Shown: positions 9,033 to 17,155 of the stretch, one piece after another
Numbering within the stretch: the first letter of the stretch is position 1
How the letters are laid out: every line of letters begins with the position of its first letter
NCBI GenBank assembly: GCA_905198355.1
Contig: CAJKCG010000001.1
Coordinates: 52,347-116,346, forward strand
Reading direction: 5' to 3'
Source: an uncultured Collinsella sp.
Lineage (GTDB): Bacteria > Actinomycetota > Coriobacteriia > Coriobacteriales > Coriobacteriaceae
Length of the DNA stretch: 64,000 nucleotides
The notes under the pieces: model-generated
Databases searched by the model: none
Seen by the model: the letters and a program-made list of their open reading frames with translations, nothing else
What the model was told of the DNA's origin: nothing
Position numbers and translations under genes: made by a program

Positions 9033-9191
9033 CTAGTAGTACATCCCGCTCGGGGCGGTCCCCTCGATGGCGCCGGCGACGGCGATCAGGCCGATGAGCG
9101 CCACGGCGCACACCACGCTGCGAACGCGCTCGGGCAGCGTGCTCCACCACGCGCCGAGCCTGCAGCCCGCCTCCCAGACCAGATCGACCAT
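9033..9191 (-). CDS. small membrane protein
   Basis: 52 aa MVDLVW...VVCAVALIGLIAVAGAI, a single TM helix. Sits in the 3' part of a long Arg-rich artefact ORF. 1-nt stop/start overlap with the upstream gene. Confidence 0.35.
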   Translation of the reverse strand: MVDLVWEAGCRLGAWWSTLPERVRSVVCAVALIGLIAVAGAIEGTAPSGMYY

Positions 9192-9421
9192 CACGCCACC
9201 CGCCTCGGACGGCGAGCGGGCACGCAGTCGGGCGAGGGCAGCGCCGGCACCGCGCCGCGCGCCTTGATGGCGGCGTCGATGTCCTCGCTGCTCACCACCT
9301 CGCGCGAGCTGTTGGGGTTGAGCGACGGGTAGCGCGGTATCACGCCCTGCATGACCATCGCGCGGAACGTGACGTTGTCGCAGCAGGCGTAACGCGCACC
9401 CTTGGCTATCGACATCCACAT
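9191..9421 (-). CDS. hypothetical protein
   Basis: 76 aa; strong RBS AAAGGAGAAGG upstream of the ATG. Confidence 0.45.
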   Translation of the reverse strand: MWMSIAKGARYACCDNVTFRAMVMQGVIPRYPSLNPNSSREVVSSEDIDAAIKARGAVPALPSPDCVPARRPRRVA

Positions 9422-9634
9422 GGCCTTCTCCTTTCATTCGTTGAGCCATTCCCTTGCCGGAGGGCCGCACCGATAGATGCGGCCGGAGGGCGCTCCCCCG
9501 CCAAAGGGAGCGGTGCCGCCGCCCCGCCAAGTCGGCGGCGGACACCTTATGGGCCGGAAGTCGGGGGTCCGGCCCCGTCGCGCCACGGGCCCAGTGGAAT
9601 GGGGGCGGTGCGGAACCCGTGGGGCGACGGGGGC

Positions 9635-9802
9635 GGGCCCGCCTCAACCGAAAAGCGAGTCGAGCACCCACGCCGCGATGAACGGCAGCGCGGCGGCAAA
9701 GCAGCAGCGCGCCAGGCCGTAGGCGCCCTGGCCGACGCAGAGCCACCCCGCGGCGTCCATCACGGCGGCCGAGGCGAGCAGCGCCCGTCTCTTCCCCGTC
9801 AT
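9635..9802 (-). CDS. small hydrophobic protein (55 aa; below ORF-track cutoff)
   Basis: ATGA overlap with the stop of the XRE gene. Product MTGKRRALLASAAVMDAAGWLCVGQ... found by manual translation. Confidence 0.3.
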
Positions 9803-10002
9803 TCCTCTTCCTCCAGATCCTCCATGAGTACGTCCAGCGCCCTCGCGATCCTCTTGACCGCCCCGTATCGGGCGTTCCCGATGCCCTTGGTCTCATAGTT
9901 CCTGACCGACTTCTCCGCGACCCCCGCCATGGCGGCGAGCCGGTAGCGTGACAGCCCCGCCTCTTTGCGGAGTTCCGCAATCCTGCATTTCTGTGTCCCC
10001 AC
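9799..10002 (-). CDS. XRE-family HTH protein
   Basis: 67 aa; IAELRKEAGLSRYRLAAMAGVAEKSVRNYE helix-turn-helix. Confidence 0.65.
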   Translation of the reverse strand: MGTQKCRIAELRKEAGLSRYRLAAMAGVAEKSVRNYETKGIGNARYGAVKRIARALDVLMEDLEEEE

Positions 10003-10053
10003 GGGTGCGTAACCTCTTCCGTATCAATCTCCCTGTCGAAAGGAGGTGATTAC

Positions 10054-10242
10054 ATGTCAAAGACCTTCCAAGGCCTCGAGATCGACCGAAAGGCCCTCAA
10101 CCGCGTCGCCGTCAGGGGAATCGAGAAGGCCGCTGCAACCGGCTCCCTCGAGATAACCTGCCAGGCATGCGGCAAGCGCTTCACGCTTCGCGGTCCCCAG
10201 ACGAGCTGTCCCCGCTGCGGGACGTCGTATCGCACGCGATAA
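10054..10242 (+). CDS. zinc-ribbon protein
   Basis: 62 aa; CQACG...CPRCG; strong RBS AAAGGAGGTGA. Confidence 0.5.
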   Translation: MSKTFQGLEIDRKALNRVAVRGIEKAAATGSLEITCQACGKRFTLRGPQTSCPRCGTSYRTR

Positions 10243-10408
10243 GGTCGGCCCCGATCGTCACGCCGTCCGCGAGCGAAACCAGGATCTCGCGGGCGGCGGC
10301 GATGTGGCCGGAGGCCACGTCGAGCCTCGCCTGCACCTCGTCCACGCCCTTCAGCTTCATGTCGAGCGCGAGCTCGCCCACCTTCTTGCCCTCCATCTCT
10401 TCCCCCAT
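10181..10408 (-). CDS. hypothetical protein
   Basis: 75 aa. Its 3' end overlaps the convergent zinc-ribbon gene, so confidence is lower. Confidence 0.3.
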   Translation of the reverse strand: MGEEMEGKKVGELALDMKLKGVDEVQARLDVASGHIAAAREILVSLADGVTIGADLIACDTTSRSGDSSSGDREA

Positions 10409-10410
10409 CC

Positions 10411-10638
10411 CTACGCGGCCTCGTCCGTGTGCCAGCCCATCAGGTCGTTGGGCGTGCAGCCGAGGGCCTGGGCGATGGCGTACGCCTTGTCGACGCCTGG
10501 AACCATCGAGCCGTTCTCGTATCCGATGATTGAAGATGCCGAGAGCCCCGCCTTGTTGGCGAGCTGCTCCTGCGACATATCGGCTCGGGCGCGGGCGGCG
10601 CGCAGGTTTGCGCCAAACTCGTCCTTTGAAAACTTCAT
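10411..10638 (-). CDS. Cro-like XRE HTH regulator
   Basis: 75 aa; ...SQEQLANKAGLSASSIIGYENG... Transcribed away from the int side, toward the early genes. Confidence 0.7.
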   Translation of the reverse strand: MKFSKDEFGANLRAARARADMSQEQLANKAGLSASSIIGYENGSMVPGVDKAYAIAQALGCTPNDLMGWHTDEAA

Positions 10639-10794
10639 GGCTTCCTCCTTCTGAAATAGGGAACTTATTCCCTGTGCAAATCAGAGTATAGGGAATCTTT
10701 TCCCGATTGCAATAGCAAACTAGGGCTTTTCTTGCCTTTTCTTTTGCCTATCTATAGAATCCTCGGTAAATACTTCCCTATATTGGAGGTGGCG
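10639..10794. promoter_or_regulatory. divergent promoter/operator region of the CI/Cro-like switch
   Basis: Palindromes AGGGAActtaTTCCCT (10658-10673) and GGGAAtcttTTCCC (10691-10704), plus TAGGG half-sites. AT-rich relative to surroundings. Confidence 0.6.
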
Positions 10795-11178
10795 ATGAAC
10801 CTAAAACTAAAGCAGGCTAGGAAAGAAAACGGATATTCGCAGGCCGATCTGGCAGACGCGTTGGGCGTTGACATCAAAACGGTAGGCAACTGGGAACGAG
10901 GGAAGACTCTTCCCGATATTGAGCAGCTTTGGAAGTGCGCTAAAGCTCTTAACACCGACCCCAACGACCTCCTCGGCTGGTACGAGGAGCATCCCGAGGA
11001 CAGGCCGGCGGCGCCGGCGGGCGCGGAGGGCGAGCTGATCACCTGCTACCGGCAGAGCACCGAGAAGAGGCGCTCGAAGATCCTGGAGACGGCACGCGAC
11101 CAGGCCGAGCTCTCCCAAGCTCAACCTGCAGCGCCTGAAGGCGAAGGGCTGGAAGAGGATCAAGTAAGGTCCGCGTAG
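10795..11178 (+). CDS. CI-like XRE HTH repressor
   Basis: 127 aa from ATG at 10795 with GGAGGT RBS; ...SQADLADALGVDIKTVGNWERG...; points toward the integrase. Confidence 0.7.
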   Translation: MNLKLKQARKENGYSQADLADALGVDIKTVGNWERGKTLPDIEQLWKCAKALNTDPNDLLGWYEEHPEDRPAAPAGAEGELITCYRQSTEKRRSKILETARDQAELSQAQPAAPEGEGLEEDQVRSA

Positions 11179-11346
11179 GCACGGGCTAATTGCTTTGTCC
11201 GCCAAAAAAGGTCTTCCGTGGCGGACAAACGAGCTTGTCCGCCACGGAAGACGGTCAGCGCACGGGCGGCAATGTACCAGTTGTCCCCCATTTTTGTGAT
11301 GTCACGAAAATGGGCGGCCGTCTTATTCATTTAGGAGTGCAAGTCA

Positions 11347-11942
11347 TGGATAACGCAATCGACGAGCTCATAGCGGAATGCGGGGAGATCCTCGCGGACC
11401 CCGATTCCTACAATCTCGTGAGCGAGGCAAAGAGGATCGAGTCGGCGCTAGAAACGGTCGTGCCCAAGGTCCGCGTGGGCCTGAAGATGTTTCGCGCATC
11501 GGTCGCCGGTCATTCGTCATACGGGAGAAGGGATGCCGCCGAGGACATAAGGCGGCTCCAGTCGAAGGCTAGGCTGTATGCCGACGAAAGGCGCATGAGT
11601 TATGAGATTGAGAAGATGAAGTCCTCGGCAGCGGGGACAAACGTGAAAGTCGAGCAGCACGCAGACAGCAACGCGACATCAAGCTCAAGCTCCTCGTCCT
11701 CATCTTCCCTGAGGGCATCCGTCGACAGCTTGATGGAGACGGTCGCCGCGGACCGGATGCTCACCACGGAAGACAAGGACATGCTCGCCGCCTGCCTCGT
11801 TCAGATGGAATTGGCAGCAAAACGCGGCGACCAGGCATCGCTGGCCGACCGCATGATCAAGGGATTGGAGATTGCGAAGAAGGGAGGGGAACTAGTGGCC
11901 GGTATCCTCGCCGTCGGCGGGAAGATCGCAGGGCTCCTCTAG
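11347..11942 (+). CDS. hypothetical protein with poly-Ser tract
   Basis: 198 aa from an internal ATG. The SSSSSSSSSS run is encoded by a TCN repeat. Confidence 0.4.
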
Positions 11943-12229
11943 ACGCCCATGTATCCGATGAGGACCCATTGACCGGTCTGCGGGCACCTCACGGCGCGCA
12001 CGTCGTATTCGGATGCCAGGGAGTATGCGCACGGCCTGAGCGTCGCAAACGGGACAGGGCCCGCAGCGTCGTCCTTCACTCCAAGGGCGACGACCCTCAC
12101 GGTGTCTCCGCGCTCCTGCGAAACGAGCTCGTACCCAAGGCTCAGCGGAATGCCCGTGAGCCCGTCGTAGATCATCGTGTCGAGGGAATCGTCCTCGTAC
12201 GTATATGAGCCGACGCCGTAGCGAGCCAT
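11939..12229 (-). CDS. hypothetical protein
   Basis: 96 aa ORF convergent with the previous gene. Confidence 0.35.
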   Translation of the reverse strand: MARYGVGSYTYEDDSLDTMIYDGLTGIPLSLGYELVSQERGDTVRVVALGVKDDAAGPVPFATLRPCAYSLASEYDVRAVRCPQTGQWVLIGYMGV

Positions 12230-12433
12230 GGGTACCTCCAGGAGCGTAAGTGGTGTTCATAACGATTATGACCCGCGGCGCGGCAGGTTTTTTAGGATTT
12301 TCCGAAAAAACCTCCAACGGCGCGGGCTCCGAAAAACCAGCCTCTCATCTAATTTAATCCTTAATTTCGCTAATCTTTTATATACTTTATTACTTAGCTG
12401 TGCTAATATTTAATTGTCGAAAGGAGTTAGGCG

Positions 12434-12613
12434 GTGACTAAGAAGAGGGACCTCGAGCGGGAGCTGACCGAAGCGGGCTACGTAAGGCTCAGCGGCACCG
12501 GCGCCAAGCACGACAAGTTCCGCCGCGGGGACGTGACGGTGACAGTGCCCAGGCACCGGGAGATAAAGGAGACGACCGCGAGGGGAATCAGGAAGGAAGC
12601 GGGGCTGCTCTAG
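12434..12613 (+). CDS. hicA: HicA-family mRNA interferase toxin
   Basis: 59 aa from GTG with AAGGAG RBS; ...GAKHDKFRRGDVTVTVPRH...; found manually (below ORF-track cutoff). AT-rich promoter with TAATAT upstream. Confidence 0.7.
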   Translation: MTKKRDLERELTEAGYVRLSGTGAKHDKFRRGDVTVTVPRHREIKETTARGIRKEAGLL

Positions 12614-12650
12614 CCCCGCCCTCCCCTTCACCGCAGGAAAGGAGACCACC

Positions 12651-13100
12651 ATGATCGTCATGCAGGAGTTCGAGGTCTACCCCGACCCCGAGGGCGGCTA
12701 CGCCGTGGAGCCGTGCGGGCTCGCCGGGGCCACCGAGGGCGATACCTACGAGGAGGCCGTGGAGATGGCCGTCGACTGGCTGCGCGTCCACGCCCTGGCG
12801 GCGCTGGAGCGCGGGGCGGAGTTCGAGGGTGGCGGGCTTGGCCATGCGCCGTCCCACGGTGGCACGATCGTCACCGTCGCGACCAGCGTCGAGCTGTCCG
12901 ACATCCCGGCCGTGACCGCGGCCGAGGCCGCCGAGATGCTCGGCGTGAGCACCGCGCGCGTGGCGCAGCTCTGCCGCGACGGGAGCCTGAGCAGCTGGAG
13001 GGTCGGCAACACCCGCATGGTGTCGCGCGACTCCATCGAGTACCGCCTCGCGGCCAAGCCCGGGGCGGGCCGTCCGTGCAAGGCCGCGGCGGAAGCATAG
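12651..13100 (+). CDS. hicB: HicB-family antitoxin with C-terminal excisionase/MerR-type HTH
   Basis: 149 aa; N-terminal MQEFEVYPDPEGGYAVEP... HicB fold; C-terminal AAEAAEMLGVSTARVAQLCRDG HTH. Confidence 0.75.
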   Translation: MIVMQEFEVYPDPEGGYAVEPCGLAGATEGDTYEEAVEMAVDWLRVHALAALERGAEFEGGGLGHAPSHGGTIVTVATSVELSDIPAVTAAEAAEMLGVSTARVAQLCRDGSLSSWRVGNTRMVSRDSIEYRLAAKPGAGRPCKAAAEA

Positions 13101-13208
13101 CTCCAGCAGGGCGGGCTCGGCATCTAAACAAAAAGCCCCGTGTGGCAATCTTGGCGGATCCGCACGGGGCATGCCCTCCGGCAAATAAGGGAAAGGCAGG
13201 ACCATTAT

Positions 13209-14447
13209 ATGGCAACCAATGATACTTCAAGGTCAAAACTCGGCTCCAAGCGAGAGGTCGCACCCGGCAAGTGGGTGATCCGCGTACAGGCGGGCTTCCG
13301 CGCGGACGGGCGCGTGCGGCGCGTGTCGCGCACGGTCCACGGAACCGAGACCGAGGCCGATATCGCCATCGCCCAGCTCGCGCAGGAGCTCGGCGTGTCC
13401 CAGGTGGCGCACGCCGGCGTGACGCTCGACATGTACTACTGGGGCGTGTTCCGCGACTCGCCAAGCAACCGCGGCAAGCCCCGCTCCAAGGCGAGCCTGC
13501 GCGAGTACGACGGGCAGATGGACAACTACATCTCCCCCGTCCTGGGCTCGACGGACATCTCGAAGATAACGCACGACATGATGCGAAGCTGCATCGAGCG
13601 CTCGGGCGCGCCGGCCAAGACCAAGACGACGCTGCGCGCCGTCATGCGCCGCGCCTTCGACGACGGCTGGGTGACGGTGGAGCCGTTCCGCCGGCGCGTC
13701 ATCGCACCCAAGGCCAAGCAGGCGCCCGTAGAGCCGTGGAGCATCCCCGAGGCCGCCGAGGCGCTGCGCAGGCTCGCCGCCAGCGACGACCGCGCGGACC
13801 TGGTCATGAACGCCTACCTCATTCTGGGCCTGAGCGGCCTGCGCAAGGAGGAGGCGCTGGCCGTGCGCCCGTGCGACCTCAAGGTCACCACGACCTACGA
13901 CTTCGCCACTGGGCAGCCGACCGTCTCGGAATACATCGAGGTCTGCCGCGCCTACACGGACGAGGACGGCATCAAGGAGACCAAGAACGCCCATTCCGTG
14001 CGCACCGTGCCGGTTTTATTGGCCGGCCGCGAGCGCCTGCACCGGATCATGGACGAGCTGCGGCCGTCCATAACCGTCGAGGGCGGCACTTCGGTTACGG
14101 AGCAGGTGCGCGAGTGGAGCGGGCAGCGCATCGTGAACATGCGCGGCGACAACCTCGTGCGCGCCTGGCGGCGCATGTGCGCACGCCATGACCTGCGGTA
14201 TATCCCTCCAAAGGCCCTAAGACACACGTCCGAGACCATCATGGCGGCGACCGAGGTCGACCCGCTGAGCATCATGGATCTGCATGGCCACACGGACCTG
14301 GGGACAGATTACCGCCATTACATCAAACCGGGTCTCGCGGAGCGCGAGAAGGCCGCCAGGCAGGTCGGGCGCGCGCTGCAGATCGTCGAGGGCGGCGGCG
14401 CGGACAGCGGTTTTAATGGCACCGGTCGGGACGCCGAAACGCTCTGA
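13209..14447 (+). CDS. int: tyrosine integrase (Int2), adjacent to tRNA-Lys
   Basis: 412 aa from an internal ATG; ...ALRHTSETIMAA...DLHGHTDLGTDYRHYI catalytic motifs. Confidence 0.85.
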   Translation: MATNDTSRSKLGSKREVAPGKWVIRVQAGFRADGRVRRVSRTVHGTETEADIAIAQLAQELGVSQVAHAGVTLDMYYWGVFRDSPSNRGKPRSKASLREYDGQMDNYISPVLGSTDISKITHDMMRSCIERSGAPAKTKTTLRAVMRRAFDDGWVTVEPFRRRVIAPKAKQAPVEPWSIPEAAEALRRLAASDDRADLVMNAYLILGLSGLRKEEALAVRPCDLKVTTTYDFATGQPTVSEYIEVCRAYTDEDGIKETKNAHSVRTVPVLLAGRERLHRIMDELRPSITVEGGTSVTEQVREWSGQRIVNMRGDNLVRAWRRMCARHDLRYIPPKALRHTSETIMAATEVDPLSIMDLHGHTDLGTDYRHYIKPGLAEREKAARQVGRALQIVEGGGADSGFNGTGRDAETL

Positions 14448-14565
14448 TTTGCGTTTTCTAGGTCCATTACCTGCAAAATGCATAAAACGCCCCCTGTCGC
14501 GCATAAACGGCAGGGGGCGTAAAACACGAACGGTAACGGACGGTTATGATTTGGCATCGCGGCAA

Positions 14566-14596
14566 ACAAAAAAGGTCAGCGCCGAAGCGCTGACCT
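14566..14596 (-). terminator. rho-independent terminator downstream of the tRNA-His/tRNA-Lys pair
   Basis: Minus strand GGTCAGCGCttcgGCGCTGACC followed by TTTTTT. Confidence 0.6.
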
Positions 14597-14606
14597 GTGC
14601 GTTCTT

Positions 14607-14682
14607 TGGTGGGCCGTCAGGGGGTCGAACCCTGGACCTTGGGATTAAGAGTCCCCTGCTCTACCAACTGAGCTAACGACCC
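14607..14682 (-). tRNA. tRNA-Lys (anticodon CTT)
   Basis: Manual fold: acceptor GGGTCGT/ACGGCCC, D-arm GCTCAGTTGGTAGAGC, anticodon loop CTCTTAA, T-arm CAGGGTTCGACCCCCTG, encoded CCA. Confidence 0.75.
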
Positions 14683-14704
14683 GATATCAACACGAAGCAA
14701 GAAC

Positions 14705-14782
14705 TGGGGTGGGTAAAGGGACTCGAACCCTCGACCTACGGGACCACAACCCGTCGCTCTAGCCAACTGAGCTACACCCACC
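14705..14782 (-). tRNA. tRNA-His (anticodon GTG) with encoded G-1
   Basis: Anticodon loop TTGTGGT; extra 5' G pairing with discriminator C; CCA encoded. Confidence 0.8.
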
Positions 14783-14947
14783 GTGTCCTGTGCGCTTCGC
14801 GCTCGACTATTATTGCAAGGAACGCCACGCGATGCAAGCCCCAATTTTCAAGAATTTTGAAAAGAGTTTTTCAAGCGCGTTTCGAGCAATTCCCACCGGT
14901 TTCATAGGAGTAAACTTGCCCCACTGCAAATGCTCGAAAGGACAAGC

Positions 14948-16129
14948 ATGAAAGAACTCTCCAACCGTACGGCAACGTTTACCGATTCGGTCATCCGCCG
15001 CATGACGCGCATCTCCAATAAGTATGGCGCCGTCAACCTGTCGCAGGGCTTCCCCGACTTCGATCCCCCGGCGCAGCTGCTCAACAGCCTGAGCGCCATC
15101 GCCAGCGACCCCAAGCCGCTCTATCACCAGTACTCCATCACCTGGGGCTCCCAGGCCATGCGTGAGGCGCTTGCCGCCAAGCAGGAGCACTTTATGGGCA
15201 TGCCGATCAACCCCAACGAGAACATCGTGGTCACCTGCGGCTCCACCGAGGCCATGATGGCCGCCATGATGACGGTCACAAACCCCGGCGACAAGGTCGT
15301 CATTTTCTCGCCGTTCTACGAGAACTACGGCGCCGACACGATCCTCTCGGGTGCCGAGCCCATCTACGTGCCGCTCAACCCGCCCACCTTTGACTTTGAC
15401 CGTGAGGTCCTGGAGGCGGCCTTCCGCGACAACGATCCCAAGGCAATCGTCCTATGCAACCCGTCCAACCCCTGTGGCAAGGTCTTTACGCGCGAGGAGC
15501 TCACTTTTATTGCCGACCTGTGCAAGAAGTGCGACGCCTACTGCATCACCGACGAGGTGTACGAGCACATCGTCTACGCGCCCCACGAGCATGTGTACAT
15601 GGCCACGCTGCCCGGCATGTTTGAGCGCACCATCAGCTGCAGCTCGCTGTCCAAGACCTACTCCATCACCGGCTGGCGCCTAGGCTACACCATCGCTCCC
15701 GCCGAAATCACCGAGCGCATCAAAAAGGTCCACGACTTCCTCACCGTAGGCGCCGCCGCTCCCCTGCAAGAGGCCGTCGTCACCGCCCTCAACTTCGACG
15801 ACAGTTATTACCAGGAGGTCCTCGACCTCTACACCGCCAAGCGCGACCTATTCTGTCAGGGACTCGACAGCATCGGCCTCACGCACAACGTGCCGCAGGG
15901 CGCCTACTACGTGATGATGGACATCTCTGAGTTTTGCTATGACAGCGACCTCGACTTCTGCGAGGACCTGGCCTCAAAGGTGGGCGTGGGCGCCGTGCCC
16001 GGCTCGAGCTTCTTCCGCGAGCCCGTCAACCACCTCATCCGCTTCCACTTTGCCAAGCGAGACGAGACGCTCAACGCAGCACTGGAGAACCTCAAGTTCC
16101 TGCGTGATAAAATCAAACCGCGCGGGTAA
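14948..16129 (+). CDS. PLP-dependent aminotransferase, class I/II
   Basis: 393 aa; NLSQGFPDFDPP and SLSKTYSITGWRLGY (lysine of the SxK motif); RBS GAAAGGA. Confidence 0.75.
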   Translation: MKELSNRTATFTDSVIRRMTRISNKYGAVNLSQGFPDFDPPAQLLNSLSAIASDPKPLYHQYSITWGSQAMREALAAKQEHFMGMPINPNENIVVTCGSTEAMMAAMMTVTNPGDKVVIFSPFYENYGADTILSGAEPIYVPLNPPTFDFDREVLEAAFRDNDPKAIVLCNPSNPCGKVFTREELTFIADLCKKCDAYCITDEVYEHIVYAPHEHVYMATLPGMFERTISCSSLSKTYSITGWRLGYTIAPAEITERIKKVHDFLTVGAAAPLQEAVVTALNFDDSYYQEVLDLYTAKRDLFCQGLDSIGLTHNVPQGAYYVMMDISEFCYDSDLDFCEDLASKVGVGAVPGSSFFREPVNHLIRFHFAKRDETLNAALENLKFLRDKIKPRG

Positions 16130-16146
16130 GGACGGCCCGGCACTAA

Positions 16147-16584
16147 ATGCACCCCGAGGCCGGTCACATCTTGGTCACGCGCGACCCGCGCGACACCATT
16201 GGCGAGCACAGCGGCTGCCCCTTCCACGACAACTGCCTCGAGGGCCTCATCGCCGGTCCCGGCGTCAAAAAGCGCTGGGGTGGCAAGAGCGCCGGAGAGA
16301 TGGCCGATGACCCGGAGGCCATGGGCCTGCTCGCCGGCTATCTGGCGCAGGCGCTCATGACCTACATCCTGTGCTACGCACCGCAAAAGATCGTCATCGG
16401 TGGCGGCGTGGCCGACCACACCCCCATCGTGCCGCTCGCGCGCAAGAAGTGCGCCGAGATGCTCAACGGCTACATCGTCACGCCCGAGATGGCCGACATC
16501 GATAACTACATCGTCAACAACAGCCTCGAGGGCAAGCAGGGCATTATGGGCTGCCTGGCCCTGGGCGCACAGGCGCTTCAGTAG
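16147..16584 (+). pseudogene. 3' fragment of a ROK-family sugar kinase gene
   Basis: 145 aa containing only the C-terminal ROK signature region (GEHSGCPFHDNCLEGL...). The N-terminal ~150 aa are absent and no upstream ORF exists. Confidence 0.45.
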
Positions 16585-16665
16585 CAGACGCACCCACAGG
16601 GCGTGGCGCGCCCGGCAAATCCGACCTACGGAACGACGCCACCACGTCTCATATAAGCCCTCAAA

Positions 16666-16716
16666 TAAAAAAGGCCGCCTAGGACCAAACAATACGTCCT
16701 AGGCGGCTTTTTTGGC
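16666..16716. terminator. bidirectional rho-independent terminator
   Basis: AAAAAAGGCCGCCTAGGAC-N10-GTCCTAGGCGGCTTTTTTGG. Confidence 0.65.
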
Positions 16717-17148
16717 GCGCATCAGCGGCCGTAAGAGATATCGGAGCACAACGCCCGTTGCCGCTCCGCAGCAGTCGATCATCACATCGGTGATCATGCC
16801 GGCGCGTCCCGGCACAAAGAGCTGAATCGTCTCGTCGATCGAAGGAATCAGCAGCAGGAACACCGCCGTGGGCAGCAGCACGTCAAAGGTGCGCCGGCCC
16901 TCAAAATCAAAGGCGTGCGTTGCCAAGATGCCGAGCACCATATACTCGGTAAAATGCGCGCATTTGCGAACAACAAAGTTGGTCACCCATTCATATGGAA
17001 GTCCCACGCTGTGCAGGAAACCGCGGATAGCTTCCATGACCGTTAGGCTCAGCGAGCCCGACCCCGAGCCGGGAACCAGCGAATTGCCCCAGATCAAGAG
17101 CGCCATCAGGCAGGTCACGACCGCCCATTTTCGATTGATCTTAACCAT
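16699..17148 (-). CDS. VanZ-family membrane protein
   Basis: 149 aa; RKCAHFTEYMVLG motif; 4 TM segments. Confidence 0.7.
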   Translation of the reverse strand: MVKINRKWAVVTCLMALLIWGNSLVPGSGSGSLSLTVMEAIRGFLHSVGLPYEWVTNFVVRKCAHFTEYMVLGILATHAFDFEGRRTFDVLLPTAVFLLLIPSIDETIQLFVPGRAGMITDVMIDCCGAATGVVLRYLLRPLMRAKKAA

Positions 17149-17155
17149 GCAGAAG

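Larger units (their letters stand above)
1..14606. mobile_element. Prophage right arm (partial; extends beyond window start), bounded on the right by tRNA-Lys
   Basis: Dense minus-strand block of small overlapping phage-type genes (HNH, late activator, zinc-ribbon proteins, ParB-like, XRE switch, HicAB). Integrase abuts the 3' end of tRNA-Lys. No left att copy found inside the window. Confidence 0.6.

Noticed and set aside
9033-9980. 315-aa minus-strand ORF
   Set aside because: The product is extremely Arg/Gly-rich frame noise. Manual translation reveals small coupled genes (9033-9191, 9191-9421, 9635-9802) in other frames instead.
12588-14191. several 200-300-aa ORFs overlapping hicB/int in other frames
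   Set aside because: These are alternative or antisense frames with Arg-rich translations. HicB and Int2 have clear family motifs.
1-14600. attL copy of the tRNA-Lys 3' end inside the window
   Set aside because: I scanned for the GGGGGTCGAACCC-type core and found none. The prophage most likely continues past position 1.
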